Source: an uncultured virus (IMG/VR IMGVR_UViG_3300025782_000006) (lineage: Duplodnaviria > Heunggongvirae > Uroviricota > Caudoviricetes). From it: a DNA stretch of 64,000 bases. Below the pieces are notes generated by a model. That model was not told the origin of the DNA and did not search any database. It saw only the letters and a list, made by a program, of their open reading frames with translations. Below are positions 1-10,452 of this stretch, in pieces; within the stretch, counting starts at the first letter, position 1, and every line of letters starts with the position of its first letter. The position numbers were made by a program, and so were the translations under genes. Where the stretch lies: the IMG/VR virus record IMGVR_UViG_3300025782_000006, one strand, 5' to 3'.

Positions 1-490
1 CCATGGTGGGCCAACCAGTGGACACCTGTCCGTTGTTGTCTTTGATCTTTAAGAGTCTGGCACGTGGATCTTCAAAATAGTCTGTGCCCATGTCTTTGGT
101 TAAACTGATCTGTACCGCATCTTTGATCAGTTTTTCTACAGGATCGTAGTCGCCCTTTTCAAGTAAATCTGCTGCTTTTAAGATTGCACGTTCCAATTCG
201 TTGCGTCGACTAAATCCTTCAAATTCTTCTAAGAACCAATCATAGTGTCCTTCTTTGAGTTCAGGTACCGGTTTGAGGTCTACGCCTGTAGTGGCTCGAA
301 TTTGTTCATAGGAGGGCAGGGTTTTATGATCATCCGAATGCTTTTTAATAAACGCGGCCACATCACGCAGGCTACGATCAAAGTTTTCGGGGTTGTAGAT
401 GTTTTGCACCCGCACATAACTCTGTGCGTCTGTCATCATCATTTCTAAAAATAGTCGCTGTATTTCGGGAGTATATTCTTTTGTGCTCAT
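1..490 (-). CDS. Replicative DNA helicase, T4 gp41/DnaB-like (N-terminal part; runs off window edge)
   Basis: Manual translation from ATG at 490: MSTKEYTPEIQRLFLEMMM...KDMGTDYFEDPRARL...STGWPTM, typical of the gp41 N-terminus/linker; directly downstream of the primase. Confidence 0.8.
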   Translation of the reverse strand, partial: MSTKEYTPEIQRLFLEMMMTDAQSYVRVQNIYNPENFDRSLRDVAAFIKKHSDDHKTLPSYEQIRATTGVDLKPVPELKEGHYDWFLEEFEGFSRRNELERAILKAADLLEKGDYDPVEKLIKDAVQISLTKDMGTDYFEDPRARLLKIKDNNGQVSTGWPTM

Positions 491-493
491 AGT

Positions 494-1531
494 TTAATTA
501 TATAGTTTTCTTTTGTGTAGTTCAATTTTTAACTTATTCGTTTCTCGTGCAGCCAAAATACTTTTTAATACAAATAGTTTTCCGTAGCGTTCTACTGCTT
601 CACCAATGTCCTTGCAATCTCGTTGCCATAACGGAAACGACACTGACCATCCATATTCTACCGCGGCATCCACCAGTTTGGCACCAGCACGATCAGCATC
701 GGGTACCACAATTACTTCTCTGGCAAGACCGTCTATGATATCGGCCTGCTGTTCTGAGCACTCGTTGCCCAAGATGGCCACACCATCTATGGCCATGGCA
801 TCAAATGGGCCTTCGACCACTATGACAAACTTTGCATCAGATCTTTGCTGATCTGTATTGAACACATAACCAGGTTCGTGGCTGTTGTAGTACTTGGGCT
901 TGATGCCATCGTACAAGGCACGAGCTGTGTAGCCAATGATTTTGTTGCGCCAGGTAAATGGAACAATCACACGGCGATTCAAATTGTTTTGCTTTTCTGG
1001 TGTCCAGTAAAAATCATAACGAGTTAGGTCAATGCGTCTGGCAGCTGTGTACAAGACAGCGTCGTGAAACTCTTGATGCACATCAGAATCTTTTAGAGTG
1101 TACCAGGATTCCCAGCCAACAAATGTTTGTGCTTCTGCCGGCAAGGGCCTGGCCCTAAAGTTGATGGGTTCTGCTTCTTCCACTTCTACCAGAGTCTCAG
1201 GTGCCACCAGTTCACGGATACGAATAGCATCGATAACTAATCGCTTGATGGTGTTTTCGTCGGCACCTAACCAGGACAACAATTTACGGAACTTGTAGGT
1301 TAAATGACGACCCGGAACATATGAAGCACGAAAATTACAATTAAAGCAACTATAGCTAATATGTCCATCGCTATTGGTAATAAAACCGCCACGACCTCGT
1401 GTATCAGCAGATTCTCCATTGTGCGTACAACAAACAGCATTACCCGACATCCATCCCGAACTGGAGTTGGTTTTTATTTTCCTACCCGATTTCCAGAGAT
1501 TGATTGTAGCGTTAGCTATTTGATTGATCAA
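494..1531 (-). CDS. DNA primase (T4 gp61-like)
   Basis: N-terminal Zn-binding CC..H/CFNC region; TOPRIM motifs VVEGPFDA and PDADRAG. Confidence 0.9.
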   Translation of the reverse strand: MINQIANATINLWKSGRKIKTNSSSGWMSGNAVCCTHNGESADTRGRGGFITNSDGHISYSCFNCNFRASYVPGRHLTYKFRKLLSWLGADENTIKRLVIDAIRIRELVAPETLVEVEEAEPINFRARPLPAEAQTFVGWESWYTLKDSDVHQEFHDAVLYTAARRIDLTRYDFYWTPEKQNNLNRRVIVPFTWRNKIIGYTARALYDGIKPKYYNSHEPGYVFNTDQQRSDAKFVIVVEGPFDAMAIDGVAILGNECSEQQADIIDGLAREVIVVPDADRAGAKLVDAAVEYGWSVSFPLWQRDCKDIGEAVERYGKLFVLKSILAARETNKLKIELHKRKLYN

Positions 1532-2180
1532 GTCTTGTTACTTTCCAGTTGTTGTTATCTTTTCTTTTACGCACCACAGTTGTGTTATTATAACACTTTC
1601 TATAGGCATTAAACAACCTCCAGTAATCCACTCCAATTTCTTTTTTATGTTTTTCAACAAAGCCTTTTAATCCAATTTTAGTTTCCCAAACTCTGCCATC
1701 TGGTGCTTCAATTCGGTATGACCCATTATGCGAATCACTTTTTCTTTTTTTAGTTTTGTCCGATTCGGGGTTTTTTTCAAATCGTTTTAGTTGGCCTTTA
1801 CTACAATTATGTGCTCGCTCTTTTTTCTTTTCTTCTGTCATATTAGCGTGGTGTTTTGTAGCATTTTGGCGGGCACATTCAGAGTCTACACCTTCCCCAC
1901 CGGGGGTCATATTATACCCCTCAACTAAAGTATTATATTTTGCTATCCAAAATATTTCTCTTTCGTTTAGTTGTTCTAATGTCCAATCTTGATTTTGTTC
2001 AATAATTTCAAACTTCATATTATCCCAGCCGTACTTTTTAATAGCATTTGCTATTAATCGATTAGATTTAATATATTTTTCTAACTTGATATATGATTTA
2101 ATTTTCCTATCTACAGGAACTTTTGATTGGCCAACATATTGTTTACCAGATGGGGAAGTAATAAGGTATATGTATTTCAT
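1512..2180 (-). CDS. GIY-YIG homing endonuclease (Seg-like, free-standing)
   Basis: YIYLITSPSGKQYVGQS, AIKKYG, E..WI...GYN; basic NUMOD-like C-terminus. Confidence 0.85.
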   Translation of the reverse strand: MKYIYLITSPSGKQYVGQSKVPVDRKIKSYIKLEKYIKSNRLIANAIKKYGWDNMKFEIIEQNQDWTLEQLNEREIFWIAKYNTLVEGYNMTPGGEGVDSECARQNATKHHANMTEEKKKERAHNCSKGQLKRFEKNPESDKTKKRKSDSHNGSYRIEAPDGRVWETKIGLKGFVEKHKKEIGVDYWRLFNAYRKCYNNTTVVRKRKDNNNWKVTRLDQSNS

Positions 2181-2281
2181 ACATATATTTATCCAACTTA
2201 CAGTTAAAGCAAACTGTTTAGTCGCGAATAGAGTTCAACATTCTCGCTAGTATAGCAGAATTTTTGGATTAAATCAATGTA

Positions 2282-3010
2282 TTAAATACCAAATCGGCTA
2301 CGTTGTGCTGTAAAGTTTTGATTAATTTGTGGGTTTGTTAATGCTGAGTTGTAGATTCTAACTACACTTAATCTGCCTCCCCAATAATCGCCAAGATCCC
2401 AACGGCGCATCAACACTATGCCAGATTGTGACGTAGTAGATGTGCCTGTGTAGGCTTGAGAGCTTACCTGTGTATTATTTACGAAAAGTTTAATAGTTGT
2501 ACCATCATAAGTTCCCACAATGTGATACCACCCAATTGAAGGCAATGTATAAGTGCTAGAAGTGGCGTGCCACGTACCATCCCAGAATCCATTTTGCAAA
2601 TTACTAGAACCGCTGGTGGTATCACTACCTAAACTAAAGTTGATCTTGCTAGTAACACCGGGGTATTGTTCTGTAATAATACAAGGATCTGCACCTGTGT
2701 TAGTGCCTGTGTAGTAGTGCCATACCTCTACAGTCCAATTTGATAATGATGATAAACTTGTAGAGCTATAAGCATACTGACTACTACTTGGTACAAAGTT
2801 TAAGTAGCCGCCATTGGCACTACTATATGTAGGCGATCCAGAAAGAGTAAATGCTTTACTGCCAATTAAGTCAGTCCAGGTTGAACCAGTGCCAGGGTAA
2901 CTAGAGGTATTACCAGCGTCTAAGTGCAGTTGTAGACCAGCAGTAACGTAACTTAGTTCTGATGCTAAGGTTATACCACCACCAATATTAATTCCGCCAC
3001 CTATGTTCAT
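2282..3010 (-). CDS. LamG/concanavalin-A-like domain virion protein
   Basis: LHLDAGNTSSYPGTGSTWTDL, WYHIVGTYDG, VRIYNSALT motifs. Confidence 0.8.
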   Translation of the reverse strand: MNIGGGINIGGGITLASELSYVTAGLQLHLDAGNTSSYPGTGSTWTDLIGSKAFTLSGSPTYSSANGGYLNFVPSSSQYAYSSTSLSSLSNWTVEVWHYYTGTNTGADPCIITEQYPGVTSKINFSLGSDTTSGSSNLQNGFWDGTWHATSSTYTLPSIGWYHIVGTYDGTTIKLFVNNTQVSSQAYTGTSTTSQSGIVLMRRWDLGDYWGGRLSVVRIYNSALTNPQINQNFTAQRSRFGI

Positions 3011-3729
3011 ACGCCGTACCTCAATCTAACAGCCGAATGGTTCTGTGACATTTCGGCGGCAGATAATGCTCGACTGTATATTGCCGTTACTGCAATATCT
3101 CCGTACCAATAATTATCACTGTAAGCAACTACTTCGCCACCGTTGCTGGACCATTGTGCTAGTGTTTGTCCTGTGGCAGAATATACAGACTGTCCGTTAA
3201 AATAACCTGTCATATTTCCGCTGGCGTCCTGAGTAACTCCTACAGTAAACCATTGCCCAGTTGTTAACGATAGAGGATTTGATAAAATAGCACCACTGCC
3301 AAAACTACCGTGTAGTTCGTAAGTGCCCGAGCTTGGCGAATATATGTATGTGTTAAAGTTTCTACTGCCGCTAGCAGATCCAAACAAACAGCGATAGAGA
3401 CCGCTACCAAAACTGGCGTTCATTCTTGCGGCAAAAAATGTAGTCTTACCTGTGTAAGTGGTGTTATACTTTCCAGTTGGTGTACTAGCATATTGTGTGC
3501 CGGCGCCGTTAAACGAAAAATAGCTAGCAGTACCTGCACTGGTAAAAGGCGGACTACCAGTGATTGTGGCATTATTGGTGTTTGAGCTCAGATCTGTCCA
3601 AGTTGTACCTGAACCCGAATAACTACGAGTTTGGCCAGCATCAAGATACAACATTGTACCTGCTGTAACAAATGGTAATTGATCCTGTACAAAACCAACA
3701 TTGTAAAGTGTAGCACCTCGAATGATCAT
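3007..3729 (-). CDS. LamG/concanavalin-A-like domain virion protein (paralogue of 2282..3010)
   Basis: YLDAGQTRSYSGSGTTWTDL, IYSRALS motifs. Confidence 0.8.
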   Translation of the reverse strand: MIIRGATLYNVGFVQDQLPFVTAGTMLYLDAGQTRSYSGSGTTWTDLSSNTNNATITGSPPFTSAGTASYFSFNGAGTQYASTPTGKYNTTYTGKTTFFAARMNASFGSGLYRCLFGSASGSRNFNTYIYSPSSGTYELHGSFGSGAILSNPLSLTTGQWFTVGVTQDASGNMTGYFNGQSVYSATGQTLAQWSSNGGEVVAYSDNYWYGDIAVTAIYSRALSAAEMSQNHSAVRLRYGV

Positions 3730-3730
3730 A

Positions 3731-6700
3731 TTACCAGTCTATTCTTAGTTGACGTACCCAGTTTTGAGCAGTAGATCCTCCAGTGTATGCCGCTACACCA
3801 AAGTAATTTCCAGCCGGAGTCCAACTACCAATGTTAACCGATCCTTGATATATTTCATTGATATATACTTCTAACATACGGTTGCCGTTCTGTATCTTGC
3901 GTATTTTCAGTGTTAGATTATAGAAACTGGTGTAACTGGCGTTCCATAATGTAACTCCAGATGTTACATAGTTACCGTTACCAATATAGGGAATATTAGT
4001 TTGTGTGCCGCCAACATAAACTTCAAATTGACTTGCACTACTATAATAATGGTTCATAACTGCAATACCACCATAAGTGTTGGTATTACCGGGATTACCT
4101 GTTATGGCAGCATTAGATCCAAAGTAGATCCATTGTCCGTCGGCACCAGTGCCTCCACTAGCACCAATACTAGCAGTTATAACCATATCATAGTTATAAT
4201 TGACTGTACTACTATTCCAGTTAATGTAGCCAGATTGTGAAGTAGAAGTAGTAGTTAGTTTTAATCCGTAAGCCTGAGTGCTATCCCATGTAGCATTTCC
4301 ACCAATAGTACCACTTGGAGTAAATGCACTCAATGCCGATGTAGAATTAGCTTGCCAAGTGTCCCACAAGAAACGAGTCTTAGGTCCACTAGCGCCAGCA
4401 GTAATAACATTACCAGCAGTTACATTGCCGCTGTATGTTGCAGTAGTACCAACACTATTACCGTATTGTGTGCCAGTAATGTTACCGGCTGTTAAATTGC
4501 CAACAATAGTAACAGTATTACCGAACCAAGCAGGAGTAATGCTTGTGGCTACCAACCAACCTGATCCATCTGGGTTGATAGTAATGTTAGCATTAGTTCC
4601 TACCACTGTACCAATTGTACCACCAGTGTTCATCACAAGGTCGCCATTGGCAGGTATAGTTAAGTTACCAGTATTGTCAAACACATACGAATAACTACCG
4701 GATACCAAGGTAACGTTAGGTTGTGTACCATAGATGTTACCAACTGTACTAATACCAGTTAGTGCCGCACCATTACCTACAAAGTAGTTGGCTGTGACGT
4801 TACCAGTATAAGTTGCAGTTGTACCAATGCTATTACCATATTGATTACCGATTACGTTACCACCATAAATGTTACCTGTAGTGTTAATGTTTCCACCAGC
4901 AACCATTAATAAGTTACCGCCCACATCCAACTGCATCTGTGTTGTACCACTGGTCAAGAAGCTTAATGGCAAGTATGTGCCTGTGCCATTGATACCTGAA
5001 ACAAGCTGAACATCTGTGGTACCGTTTGTGGCAATTAATATTTTACTTGCGTTTGTTAAACTACTGTTGTTAGCGGCCTGCCAACTTGCAGCTGTACCAG
5101 TACCAGTTGGTGCTGCATAGATACCAGGATTACTGTTAGCCGCAGTTGGGCGGAATACAGTTCTGTAGTTTACTGTGCTATTAGTAAAGTCGCCGTATAT
5201 AGCAGAGTTAGAAGGATGGAACATATTACCCGGTAATATCAAGTTACCATCCATACCAAAGTTATAGTTGGCTAGACCCTGACCAGTATAGTTAGAATTA
5301 TAGTTACTCAGTATAACAGTGGAGCCAAGGCCACCCGGTAAAGTTAAGACGTCACCATTTTTATACCCAAAGCCAGGGTTGGTTACAACATAACTGTTAG
5401 GGTAACCACCAGTGGCACCATAACTTGCTGTCATTCCTGTACCCGAACCACCTGTTAGTGATTGGTTAGTATACGGAGGACTGTTATATCCGCCAGCGCC
5501 AGCATAGGTAGTAAGATTATTAAATGTACCAAAAGCACGAACTGTTAAATTACCACTACTGGTTCCAATAGCATTACCAACAAATACGTTACTACCTGCA
5601 CCGCCTACTGTGGCAGAACCTAGGTTGATTGTAGTTGCGGCTCCACCCATGTTAATTGTAGTGGCTGTGCCATTGAATATTGTGGCAGTAGTTTGGTTGG
5701 TTGTGATTGTAGCACTGGTATTAAGTACTAGGCCGGCGGCCGCTGTTAACGCACCTGCTGAGGTAATACCAAGACTGTTTGATGTAGATATTCCCGAACC
5801 GTTGATTGTGGCCCATAAACCTGAACCGTTAACAGCATTGGCTGTTACTGAGCCACTTGTGCCCGTGAATAAAAATCCACCAGTGCCAGACATTGCCACG
5901 GCTGCGGCACCAGTACTTTGTGTATTGCGATAGTATGATGAACCATTGGCACCAAAGTACAAGTTATTGTATATATAAGTTGTGCCTAGTGCTGATCCTC
6001 CGCCTTGGGTGATAGTTGTTGCATTGCCAACAAATACCTGTGTGATGTTGGCCTGTAATGGTGTCGCAGTTACATTACCAACGCTACCAATAAAGACTGC
6101 GGTGTTAGCGGCCAACATTGCAACTACGTTGGCGTTACTGTATGTAGAGCTACCGCCGCCTGTATATGTAGCGTTAGCGTATGTATAGAATGATCCTACG
6201 TTGGCTTGTAATGTTGATATAGCACTATTGGTAGCGGTAGTATTAGCCACCAAACCAAGGATAGTTGCGTCTGTGCCGGCAGCCAGATATGCAGTTACGT
6301 TGGCGTTGCTATAAGTTGTACCACTACTGGTGCTTGACCAAGCTGTGCCATTGGCCCAGAATATACCGTTACTTACTTGTAATGTATTAGCAGATATAAC
6401 ATTAGCACCAGTAATGTTACCATAACTACCTGTTGTGGTGATGCTACCCACTGTATATGTACCTGCGGTTGTTAAGTTACTAGCAGTGATATTACCTGTG
6501 GTTGTAATTGTTGCTGTGGTTAAATAAGCGGTTACGTTAGTGTTACTATAAGTACCTGCCTGCGGATTAGCTGTTAAATACGCAGAAACGTTGTTGTTAG
6601 AATAAACATTAGCCTGCAAGTTACCTAACCAAGTGGTATGTGTAGTTACTGTGTTGTAAATTGAACCAATGTTAGCATTAGTTGTATTTTCATAACTACC

Positions 6701-8287
6701 AATGTTAGCATTAATAGTATTAATACTTGTGGTATGTCCGGCTATAACTGAGTTTGCCGCTGTTACGTTTGCATTGGTAGCAACTATACTATTATATAAA
6801 CCAACAACGTTGGCGTTGGCCCAAGTTTCATACGCACCAATATTGGCATTTAAATTTTGTATTGCAGTATTGGCACCCGTAATACTATTATACAAGCCTG
6901 CGGTGTTTGCATTGCTGAATATTTCAAATGCACCAATGTTAGAGTTAATAGTATTAATACTTGTAGTATGGCCTGCTATAACCAAATTGGCAGCAGTAGT
7001 ATTAGCCACCAAACCAAGAATAGTTGCGTCTGTTCCGGCAGACAAGTAAGCAGTTACATTGGAATTACTGTATGTTCCGCCGATACCAGTTAGTATACTC
7101 ACACCGTTTGCATAAACAAAGTTAGTACCTTTGAATGTCGTGGCATTGGCCGTAGTAGTTATTAAATTACCTACAGTAATATTACCTGCTAAGTAACCTG
7201 CTACGTTAGAGTTAGCATAACTACTTGTGCCAAAATTTGTGTTGGCCCAAGTATAGAAAGATCCTACGTTGGCTTGTAGTGTAGAGATTGCCAAATTAGC
7301 AGCTGTTACGTTAGAATTTATAGTAGACAAGTTACCGGCGATGTAGGCAGACACGTTAGTGTTACTGTATGTTCCTGGTTGGGGATTAGCAACCAAATAA
7401 CTTGCAACATTGGCATTACTATAAGTTCCGCTAGCGGCTGCAATTAATATATTGGCCGCAATAATGTTGGCACGTAATCCAGAAATTTCTGATTCTTGTA
7501 CGGCGGCATTACTTTGTAAACCGGCAATTGCTAAGTTTGCAGCGGTTATATTTGCGTTAATTATATTAATTGAAGTCTGCTGAATAGCGGCATTAGCAGT
7601 CCAAGCTGTAGTTACACTATCAACGTAACCTTTCATTGCGGTGTTGGCTGTAACTATTGCAGAATTGGCCGCGGTTACATTAGCATTGATGCTTGTAATA
7701 CTATTTGTAATTGCACCAATGGCACTACCTTCAGCAGCTAAATTAGCGGCTATTTCTCCCAAGGTATCTAAGGTACCGGGAGCAGAATTAATTAAGTTAT
7801 TGATTGCTGTACTAATTTGGTAATCAGTATAACCTTTTAATGAGGTATTAGCAGTAATGATTGCGGCATTAGCAGCTGCAATGTTTGCATTAATAGCCGC
7901 AATAGTTGAATTGTGTGGCAAATATACAGCCACGTTAGCATTACCATATCCGCCGGCTTGTAGTGTTGATATAGCAGAATTAATTTCTTCTAAATTTACA
8001 TTGGCAAAAAATTGTTCAAGTTGAGTAACATTACCTGTAATACCGGCTATGTTAGCCACTTCTGTTTGAAGTGTGTTTAAGTTAGCTTGAATTGGTAATA
8101 CATCACCTGTGACTAAGTGGCCGCCAGGAGTTACTCCATCTTGTGCAACTAGTTGATGTGTTTCTGTGTTTAATACTAATTCGCCAGCCGGACCCGTGTA
8201 GGAACCAATGGTAAGTGTGTTACCACGTTTAATTAAAATCTGATTAATATTAAGATTTGCCATACCGTTATAGTGTTCCGCCATCAA
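3731..8287 (-). CDS. Long tail fibre/receptor-binding protein, 1518 aa
   Basis: Mtd-N-like start (QILIKRG..YTGPAGELVLNTETHQL..DGVTPGG), APGTLDTLGEIA fibre motif, nine Y(S/G/A)NxNVxx(Y/M)(L/I) repeats, C-terminal L-type-lectin-like domain. Confidence 0.8.
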   Translation of the reverse strand: MMAEHYNGMANLNINQILIKRGNTLTIGSYTGPAGELVLNTETHQLVAQDGVTPGGHLVTGDVLPIQANLNTLQTEVANIAGITGNVTQLEQFFANVNLEEINSAISTLQAGGYGNANVAVYLPHNSTIAAINANIAAANAAIITANTSLKGYTDYQISTAINNLINSAPGTLDTLGEIAANLAAEGSAIGAITNSITSINANVTAANSAIVTANTAMKGYVDSVTTAWTANAAIQQTSINIINANITAANLAIAGLQSNAAVQESEISGLRANIIAANILIAAASGTYSNANVASYLVANPQPGTYSNTNVSAYIAGNLSTINSNVTAANLAISTLQANVGSFYTWANTNFGTSSYANSNVAGYLAGNITVGNLITTTANATTFKGTNFVYANGVSILTGIGGTYSNSNVTAYLSAGTDATILGLVANTTAANLVIAGHTTSINTINSNIGAFEIFSNANTAGLYNSITGANTAIQNLNANIGAYETWANANVVGLYNSIVATNANVTAANSVIAGHTTSINTINANIGSYENTTNANIGSIYNTVTTHTTWLGNLQANVYSNNNVSAYLTANPQAGTYSNTNVTAYLTTATITTTGNITASNLTTAGTYTVGSITTTGSYGNITGANVISANTLQVSNGIFWANGTAWSSTSSGTTYSNANVTAYLAAGTDATILGLVANTTATNSAISTLQANVGSFYTYANATYTGGGSSTYSNANVVAMLAANTAVFIGSVGNVTATPLQANITQVFVGNATTITQGGGSALGTTYIYNNLYFGANGSSYYRNTQSTGAAAVAMSGTGGFLFTGTSGSVTANAVNGSGLWATINGSGISTSNSLGITSAGALTAAAGLVLNTSATITTNQTTATIFNGTATTINMGGAATTINLGSATVGGAGSNVFVGNAIGTSSGNLTVRAFGTFNNLTTYAGAGGYNSPPYTNQSLTGGSGTGMTASYGATGGYPNSYVVTNPGFGYKNGDVLTLPGGLGSTVILSNYNSNYTGQGLANYNFGMDGNLILPGNMFHPSNSAIYGDFTNSTVNYRTVFRPTAANSNPGIYAAPTGTGTAASWQAANNSSLTNASKILIATNGTTDVQLVSGINGTGTYLPLSFLTSGTTQMQLDVGGNLLMVAGGNINTTGNIYGGNVIGNQYGNSIGTTATYTGNVTANYFVGNGAALTGISTVGNIYGTQPNVTLVSGSYSYVFDNTGNLTIPANGDLVMNTGGTIGTVVGTNANITINPDGSGWLVATSITPAWFGNTVTIVGNLTAGNITGTQYGNSVGTTATYSGNVTAGNVITAGASGPKTRFLWDTWQANSTSALSAFTPSGTIGGNATWDSTQAYGLKLTTTSTSQSGYINWNSSTVNYNYDMVITASIGASGGTGADGQWIYFGSNAAITGNPGNTNTYGGIAVMNHYYSSASQFEVYVGGTQTNIPYIGNGNYVTSGVTLWNASYTSFYNLTLKIRKIQNGNRMLEVYINEIYQGSVNIGSWTPAGNYFGVAAYTGGSTAQNWVRQLRIDW

Positions 8288-8762
8288 TTGAGTATGTGTC
8301 GCTTAACGGAGGAGCTACGGTTGTACTATAGTAAGCCGGTAAAACTTCTAAGTCCAAAGGAACACCATAGTTGTCATCAATGTAAACTGGGCTAGTTACA
8401 TCTGTACTTGTAACTGTAGTACTAAATGCTATTTTATAAAAACGTTGTTCTAAGCTATTAATAGTATTTGCATCAAATGTAAAATTGCCCTGCCCCTTTG
8501 TAATATCAACAAAAGTTACAGCATAACTTTTAATAGTCAATTGATTTGTGGGATCCTGTATACTTGCAGTCACAGTACTGCCTGTTAAATTCACAGGTTT
8601 TTGGTCCTGATTCATTATAGTAACTTGTATAGGATTGTCTACTCCTTGGTAAACTTTAATTGGTCGGCTGTACACTTGGCGATTCCTTGTAGTAAATATC
8701 GTAGGATCAAAAACTTGAACCACGGCTGTATTTGGGTATAAATATGCTTTGACAGTAATCAT
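8268..8762 (-). CDS. Virion structural protein, BppU/baseplate-upper-like Ig fold
   Basis: NQDQKPVNLTG motif; adjacent to fibre gene; late-type ATAAATA upstream. Confidence 0.5.
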   Translation of the reverse strand: MITVKAYLYPNTAVVQVFDPTIFTTRNRQVYSRPIKVYQGVDNPIQVTIMNQDQKPVNLTGSTVTASIQDPTNQLTIKSYAVTFVDITKGQGNFTFDANTINSLEQRFYKIAFSTTVTSTDVTSPVYIDDNYGVPLDLEVLPAYYSTTVAPPLSDTYSIDGGTL

Positions 8763-8798
8763 TTAATTTGCTCGTCTTTAACATATTTATCGGATAAC

Positions 8799-9173
8799 GT
8801 GGAAGAACACTACAAGCAACTATTAAGTCAGTACCCATACCTAAGCCACGTTACCTACGGCGGTAATGACTACATTGGTATCATACAAAATTCAGACGAA
8901 GTTATCACAACAATTTATGATTTTGGTGCTCTGAAGGACGCAGAACTCAAGCGAGTTTTTCTAAATTTGGGAGAAACTTGGTGGTGGGAATCAAATAGGT
9001 TAATACCTATTAATGTGTTTCTAAAAGCAGATTGGATTGTTTTTAAAGGGTGCCTACGTACTATGAATAGTAAAGACGTTGAAATAAAGATGGGCCCTTA
9101 TGTGAGCCTTAAAGAAATGGCTACTAAACGATCAAAGCGTAAATCAATTACCCTTATCCGCAAGGTTAGTTAA
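8799..9173 (+). CDS. Hypothetical protein
   Basis: 124-aa ORF filling the gap, plausible composition (WWWESNRLIPINVFL). Confidence 0.6.
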   Translation: MEEHYKQLLSQYPYLSHVTYGGNDYIGIIQNSDEVITTIYDFGALKDAELKRVFLNLGETWWWESNRLIPINVFLKADWIVFKGCLRTMNSKDVEIKMGPYVSLKEMATKRSKRKSITLIRKVS

Positions 9174-9819
9174 TAAGTTTTAATAACTCATCTATAGTAA
9201 TACTACTTTTAGAACCTTTACTACTATTTTGCTTTGCTTCAAGTATTTGTAAATTTGCAGGATGATTTACTATACTTTCAGACAGTCCTGCTTTCCACGC
9301 ATCAAATACACTCAATTTATGGTCCACATGATATGTCTGCTGACCTAATACATATCCTTGTTCTTTTGCCCATTTTTGTGCTCGACTGCGTATTCGTCGG
9401 GCATAGTGGCGGAAATCTTTCATTTGCTCAGGAGTAAAATCTCCCCATTTCTTCCTAAGTGTCATTCTTAATTTATTATGAGTTTCTTCATTGTGTAATC
9501 TTTTTATTAATGATTCTTTCGTTGCTTCTTTCCGCTTGGTTGCACCTTCCCATTGTTTAGCAATTCTAATAGAATGTTGCTTGATATATTCTGGGCAATG
9601 ATGTGCATTCTTAAGGCAGGTGTATTTTCCGCCAGTTCCTCGAAATAATGCAAGAGTATTGCATCCGTGATCACATAGTTGATTAGGCGGTATAGGGTTG
9701 TGGGTTTGTTTATGATAATGATACATAGACGGATTATTTGAGATATAATCGCAATGCTCACATTTCCGCGGGTAGCGTATACCTGAATGAACTTTATTTG
9801 GACAACCTTTACGAGACAT
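9166..9819 (-). CDS. HNH endonuclease with N-terminal Zn-finger/Cys motifs
   Basis: CEHC..H...H, CDHGC; YHVDHKLS...HPANLQIL...N. Confidence 0.8.
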   Translation of the reverse strand: MSRKGCPNKVHSGIRYPRKCEHCDYISNNPSMYHYHKQTHNPIPPNQLCDHGCNTLALFRGTGGKYTCLKNAHHCPEYIKQHSIRIAKQWEGATKRKEATKESLIKRLHNEETHNKLRMTLRKKWGDFTPEQMKDFRHYARRIRSRAQKWAKEQGYVLGQQTYHVDHKLSVFDAWKAGLSESIVNHPANLQILEAKQNSSKGSKSSITIDELLKLIN

Positions 9820-9861
9820 AACTTTTCCTTAGTATAACTTTATTTATACTAAATCAAAAAA

Positions 9862-10452
9862 TCACATGCCGTTACGTTCTTGCTCAGATAAAAGATTCAT
9901 GTGGACTACAACTAAGTGGCTGTAGGCCACAGAATGGCTACGTTTGAAGTAATAGCTGTCATCTGTGGGCTTTTCCCACACAGTTTCTGCTACTTCCCGC
10001 CATGTTTTGCCTATTAAATGACGCTTTGCAGGTCTAATAACACTCAGGAACATGGCCATGCGGGCAATACTAGTTACTGCTTCGGGCATTTGAATTAAAG
10101 TCTTGTAGTGATTGTTAATGTGTATAAGTTTTCCGCAGAATTCTGGATCATAGAGTTTGGCCCAGTCTGGTTCTTGATCGATCAATGCCTGTAGATGTTC
10201 TTCACTCTTTATCTGCGTATATAATGATACATTTAGAAAGTCTAGTTTAGCATAGCCGCGGTCTTCAGCAGATTCATAATCAATGCTGGCAACACCAGTA
10301 AATGGATCCACGGGAATTGAAGTTGGGTACACTCCAGTATTGTGACGAATTAATCGGCCATCACGTAAGATACTCGCCGGAGTAGTTTTAAGCAAGGCCA
10401 GTGCCCGCTCACGATCTGGGAAGTCGATGTCGATGTCTGAACGAAATTTCAT
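9862..10452 (-). CDS. Minimal DnaE (family C DNA polymerase alpha)-like protein
   Basis: SDIDIDF, HNTGVY, KLDFLN, YYFKRSHSVAY match the DnaE motifs PDIDIDF, HAAG, KFDFLG, YGFNKSHAAAY. Confidence 0.75.
   Translation of the reverse strand: MKFRSDIDIDFPDRERALALLKTTPASILRDGRLIRHNTGVYPTSIPVDPFTGVASIDYESAEDRGYAKLDFLNVSLYTQIKSEEHLQALIDQEPDWAKLYDPEFCGKLIHINNHYKTLIQMPEAVTSIARMAMFLSVIRPAKRHLIGKTWREVAETVWEKPTDDSYYFKRSHSVAYSHLVVVHMNLLSEQERNGM

Noticed and set aside
3731..8287. Mtd-like N-terminus suggesting a diversity-generating retroelement target
   Set aside because: No reverse transcriptase and no adenine-variant TR/VR repeat pair seen in the window
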